From: Ylistrum balloti | Taxonomy: Eukaryota | Assembly: GCF_031769215.1 (NCBI RefSeq) | Contig: NW_026781939.1 | Span: 806,001-870,000, forward strand | Direction of reading: 5' to 3' | Length of the DNA stretch: 64,000 bases | Shown here: piece after piece, positions 61,055-64,000 of the stretch | Layout of the letters: each line of letters starts with the position of its first letter | How positions within the stretch are numbered: the first letter of the stretch is position 1 | Position numbers and translations under genes: made by a program | The notes under the pieces: model-generated | The model's input: only the letters and a program-made list of their open reading frames with translations | Told to the model about the DNA's origin: nothing | Database searches by the model: none

Positions 61055-61350
61055 ACTAGACACAGAGTATGTCTTTATTCACTCAACTAGCTAGACACAG
61101 TGTATGTCTTTATTCCCTCAGCTAGCTAGACACAGTGTATGTGTTTATTCCTTCAGCTAGCTAGACACAGTGTATGTGTTTATTCCTTCAGCTAGCTAGA
61201 CACAGTGTATGTGTTTATTCCTTCAGCTAACTAGACACAGTGTATGTGTTTATTCCTTCAGCTAGCTAGACACATCATATGTCTTCATTCCACAGTTTAT
61301 GTCTTTACTTCCCCAGCTAGACACAACCTACCCAGGTATGTCTTTCTTCC
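61055..61350. repeat. Minisatellite, 35-bp unit, about 7 copies plus a degenerate tail
   Basis: CTAGACAC at 61091, 61126, 61161...; unit CTAGACACAGTGTATGTGTTTATTCCTTCAGCTAG. Confidence 0.96.
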
Positions 61351-63602
61351 CTTGGCAAATAGACACTTTTGTTTGTTGATGCATGTACTTACTTATATGT
61401 CATTCCATAATATGTCAGTATGTACAATCATTGTTTGCATGATCACAATCATTTAATCATATAATCACAATCACTTATAAGTACAATAAGGATTATGTTG
61501 ACATAAAATGTTGATGTTATTACAGATTAATTTCTTGTTGAAGTTTACTGTGGTATCTGGAGAAAGCAAAGCTTCTGAAGTAATAAACCAATCACATTGT
61601 CAGACAAAAATGATACCTTCTTAGATAATGGTCAATGGATGTCAGAGTTATCATCATGTTATCATAATAATTCATCTAACATATTTGTTTTTTTCATTTG
61701 TTTAATTTTTTGTAAAACAATGTACTTTGATGTTATTTTTTTTTCACATTTCTTGTACTTAATGTTTATATCATCTCAGATTTACACTAGTGCTAATATT
61801 ACTGTAAAGCATTTCAAATAGATTTAAATTGCTTGAATGGGAGAATGATTTTATTTGTAAATAAGGCTACATTCAAACCTTCATATTTGGGGTGTTTTTT
61901 TTTTTTTTTTGTAAATTTGATTTATGTTATACAGGCCGGTCCACGCTGTCTAGTGATTGGGTGGTTTGTGTATAATGACCAAAGAGGCAGGTCTTAATTA
62001 TGTTTGGTATTTAAATTAATAGCTTTAATTAATAAGGTCAACAGCTGTAAACAGGTGCTTTTAATTGTGATGTAACGACTTTGTGACTGACCACTTTGCT
62101 AATCCAGATAAAAACATCCCAGTATGATATCTTTACAGTTATACAAAATGTATGAGTGATTTGGTAGTGTTGCTTCAAACATTTAGAAAGAATGTCAAAT
62201 GTTCATTAATATATGTTTTGTATAAATTGTATACTTCAAATCTTTTGTATATCAAAGCATATCAAGTGAAATATATTCCTTATATGTGTAAACATTCCAT
62301 TATTTACACCTCTGTACAATTGTACACTATTGTTATATTGATATATGATAAATTCTGTCTCCTTTTGATAAATTCTGTTATTGTAATATATTATGCCCAT
62401 ACCATCCCTGTTATAAGAGATAAAAAGCAAACATACATGTTTGTGTAAAGATTGAATGTTTGATTGAAATTTATTTTTCTGATGTGCTTGATGATAAATA
62501 ATGCAAACATAAGTCACTACAGCAGTCAACACATGGGAAAATAAATAAAGACCCGACCTGCTGGTAGATCATTTTATACGGGAGATGAATTCAGTACAGT
62601 ACAGAATATTTTTTTGACATGATAGTCAAGTTATCTTATTAGTCTATAATGCCTCTTTTCATGTGACTCAGCTGTTATATACAAGCTAGCTTGACTGTCA
62701 TGTGACATGAAAGTCATGTGACATGACTTAGACATCAACTTATCAAAACGTCTATGGAATAGGACTCTGGTATGACATACATACTTGTATGTGGATGGTC
62801 TTTGTTGGGATGGTTTTGTGACCTTGGCCTTAGGCTTAAAAATACCTCAAGGTCGCCAATATATTGGTCATAAATACGTACATGGGTTATCCCTTTTTCT
62901 GATATGATATATAAGTCATGTAGGGAAGTTCACATCATGTGTTTTGATCTATTTCAATACATTTTATCATCAGTATCAATGTATTTCTCATTTGTCTATG
63001 AAATAAAAATCGCCTTCAAACTCAAACTTTCACTTACACTTATTGCATGTCTCTCGGTCTCCATCTCAACATATAGCCCTATGTGTCAGTATACATGGAC
63101 TCATTATAACACTGTGTACAGAAAACATCACCAGGTATAGAGGTAGTACACCCATCCTGACACTAGGTGTTAGTAGCTGATCAGGTAAACATGCTTTATA
63201 CAGTAATAACAGACATCTTTGGGACTGATATTCCTAGGTTTTGTTTGTTTTTCATTAAAGATGAATTTGTTTATGTCTAAGTTATATTTGTTTATTATTT
63301 CCTGTGACCTGTTGTTATAAAGTTTTTGTGATCATACTTGTTAAAGTCATCCATTATCTGAATATCATCTCTGCTATGTATATGAATTGACATAAGCCAG
63401 GCATGTATAGATGTTTACAATAAATTAATATCAGTCTTTTAAACTTGTCGATTTCTGTTTTATTTCAGTAACATTAAAGCATTGTTAACCCACCCGAATA
63501 TTACACATATAATATGGACATACCGTTTCATTGTTTGAACAGAAGTGGATGTAAAACTTAGTTCAGTTCGTCCGTTAAAACTAAATAAAAGATAAAGAAA
63601 AA

Positions 63603-63603
<1 letters not shown>

Positions 63604-63639
<36 letters not shown>
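63604..63639. repeat. (CA)18 microsatellite
   Basis: Direct reading. Confidence 0.98.
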
Positions 63640-63641
<2 letters not shown>

Positions 63642-64000
63642 ACAGAAATCGAACAAATCTGAGTCTTAAAGCAAACGCAATGATGAAATATACCGATTGC
63701 ATTTTGTACCCTTGCTATTTTCAGTGCTCCATATTACATTGTTTAAGATAGCTAAAGGTAAATAATGTCTTTTTTTATCATCTGAAACGGGCGTCTGTTG
63801 TCGATTGTGTGAAGATGTTGATTGGTTATAAATAAAATCGTCTATTTTAAAAGTATAACCCTGTAGGGGATTCAAGCTGACAGATTCAGCATTTTTCTGA
63901 TGATTGTAACGTAATTGACCCTGTCAAACCGGGATGGTCCATACTGTATATGCCTATATAAGGTTAGAACCACAAAGGAAATCATAATAGTATTCAAATT

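Noticed and set aside
63666-63875. 69-aa minus-strand ORF at the window end
   Set aside because: TTG start, no recognisable motif and no convincing splice partners

Overview
AT-rich eukaryotic genomic DNA with spliced genes; the repeat families suggest a bivalve mollusc (inference). I reconstructed three protein-coding genes by hand from GT-AG junctions with continuous reading phase. (1) An uncharacterised two-exon Ser/Pro/Lys-rich protein of about 496 aa (+, 12372-22986). (2) A complete 23-exon alpha-N-acetylglucosaminidase, NAGLU/GH89 (-, 29486-45040, about 800 aa), with both catalytic Glu motifs intact and a basic C-terminal extension. (3) A complete 15-coding-exon SYK/ZAP-70-family tandem-SH2 tyrosine kinase (+, 46062-56846, about 661 aa). 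NAGLU and SYK are head-to-head across a roughly 1 kb CpG-rich region with MiT/TFE-type and ETS-type motifs. The rest is introns and intergenic DNA with seven minisatellite arrays, tRNA-derived SINE remnants, Helentron-type non-autonomous elements, Penelope-like fragments with degenerate hammerhead ribozyme cores, a 150-bp inverted-repeat pair and several hairpin or G4 motifs. I found no CRISPR array, rRNA or intact tRNA gene, and no clear wholly new multi-gene system. The best leads are regulatory or RNA-structural: the shared promoter, in-frame alternative donors in the SYK linker, tandem 3'UTR stem-loops and hammerhead relics. All coordinates were counted manually and no database searches were run.
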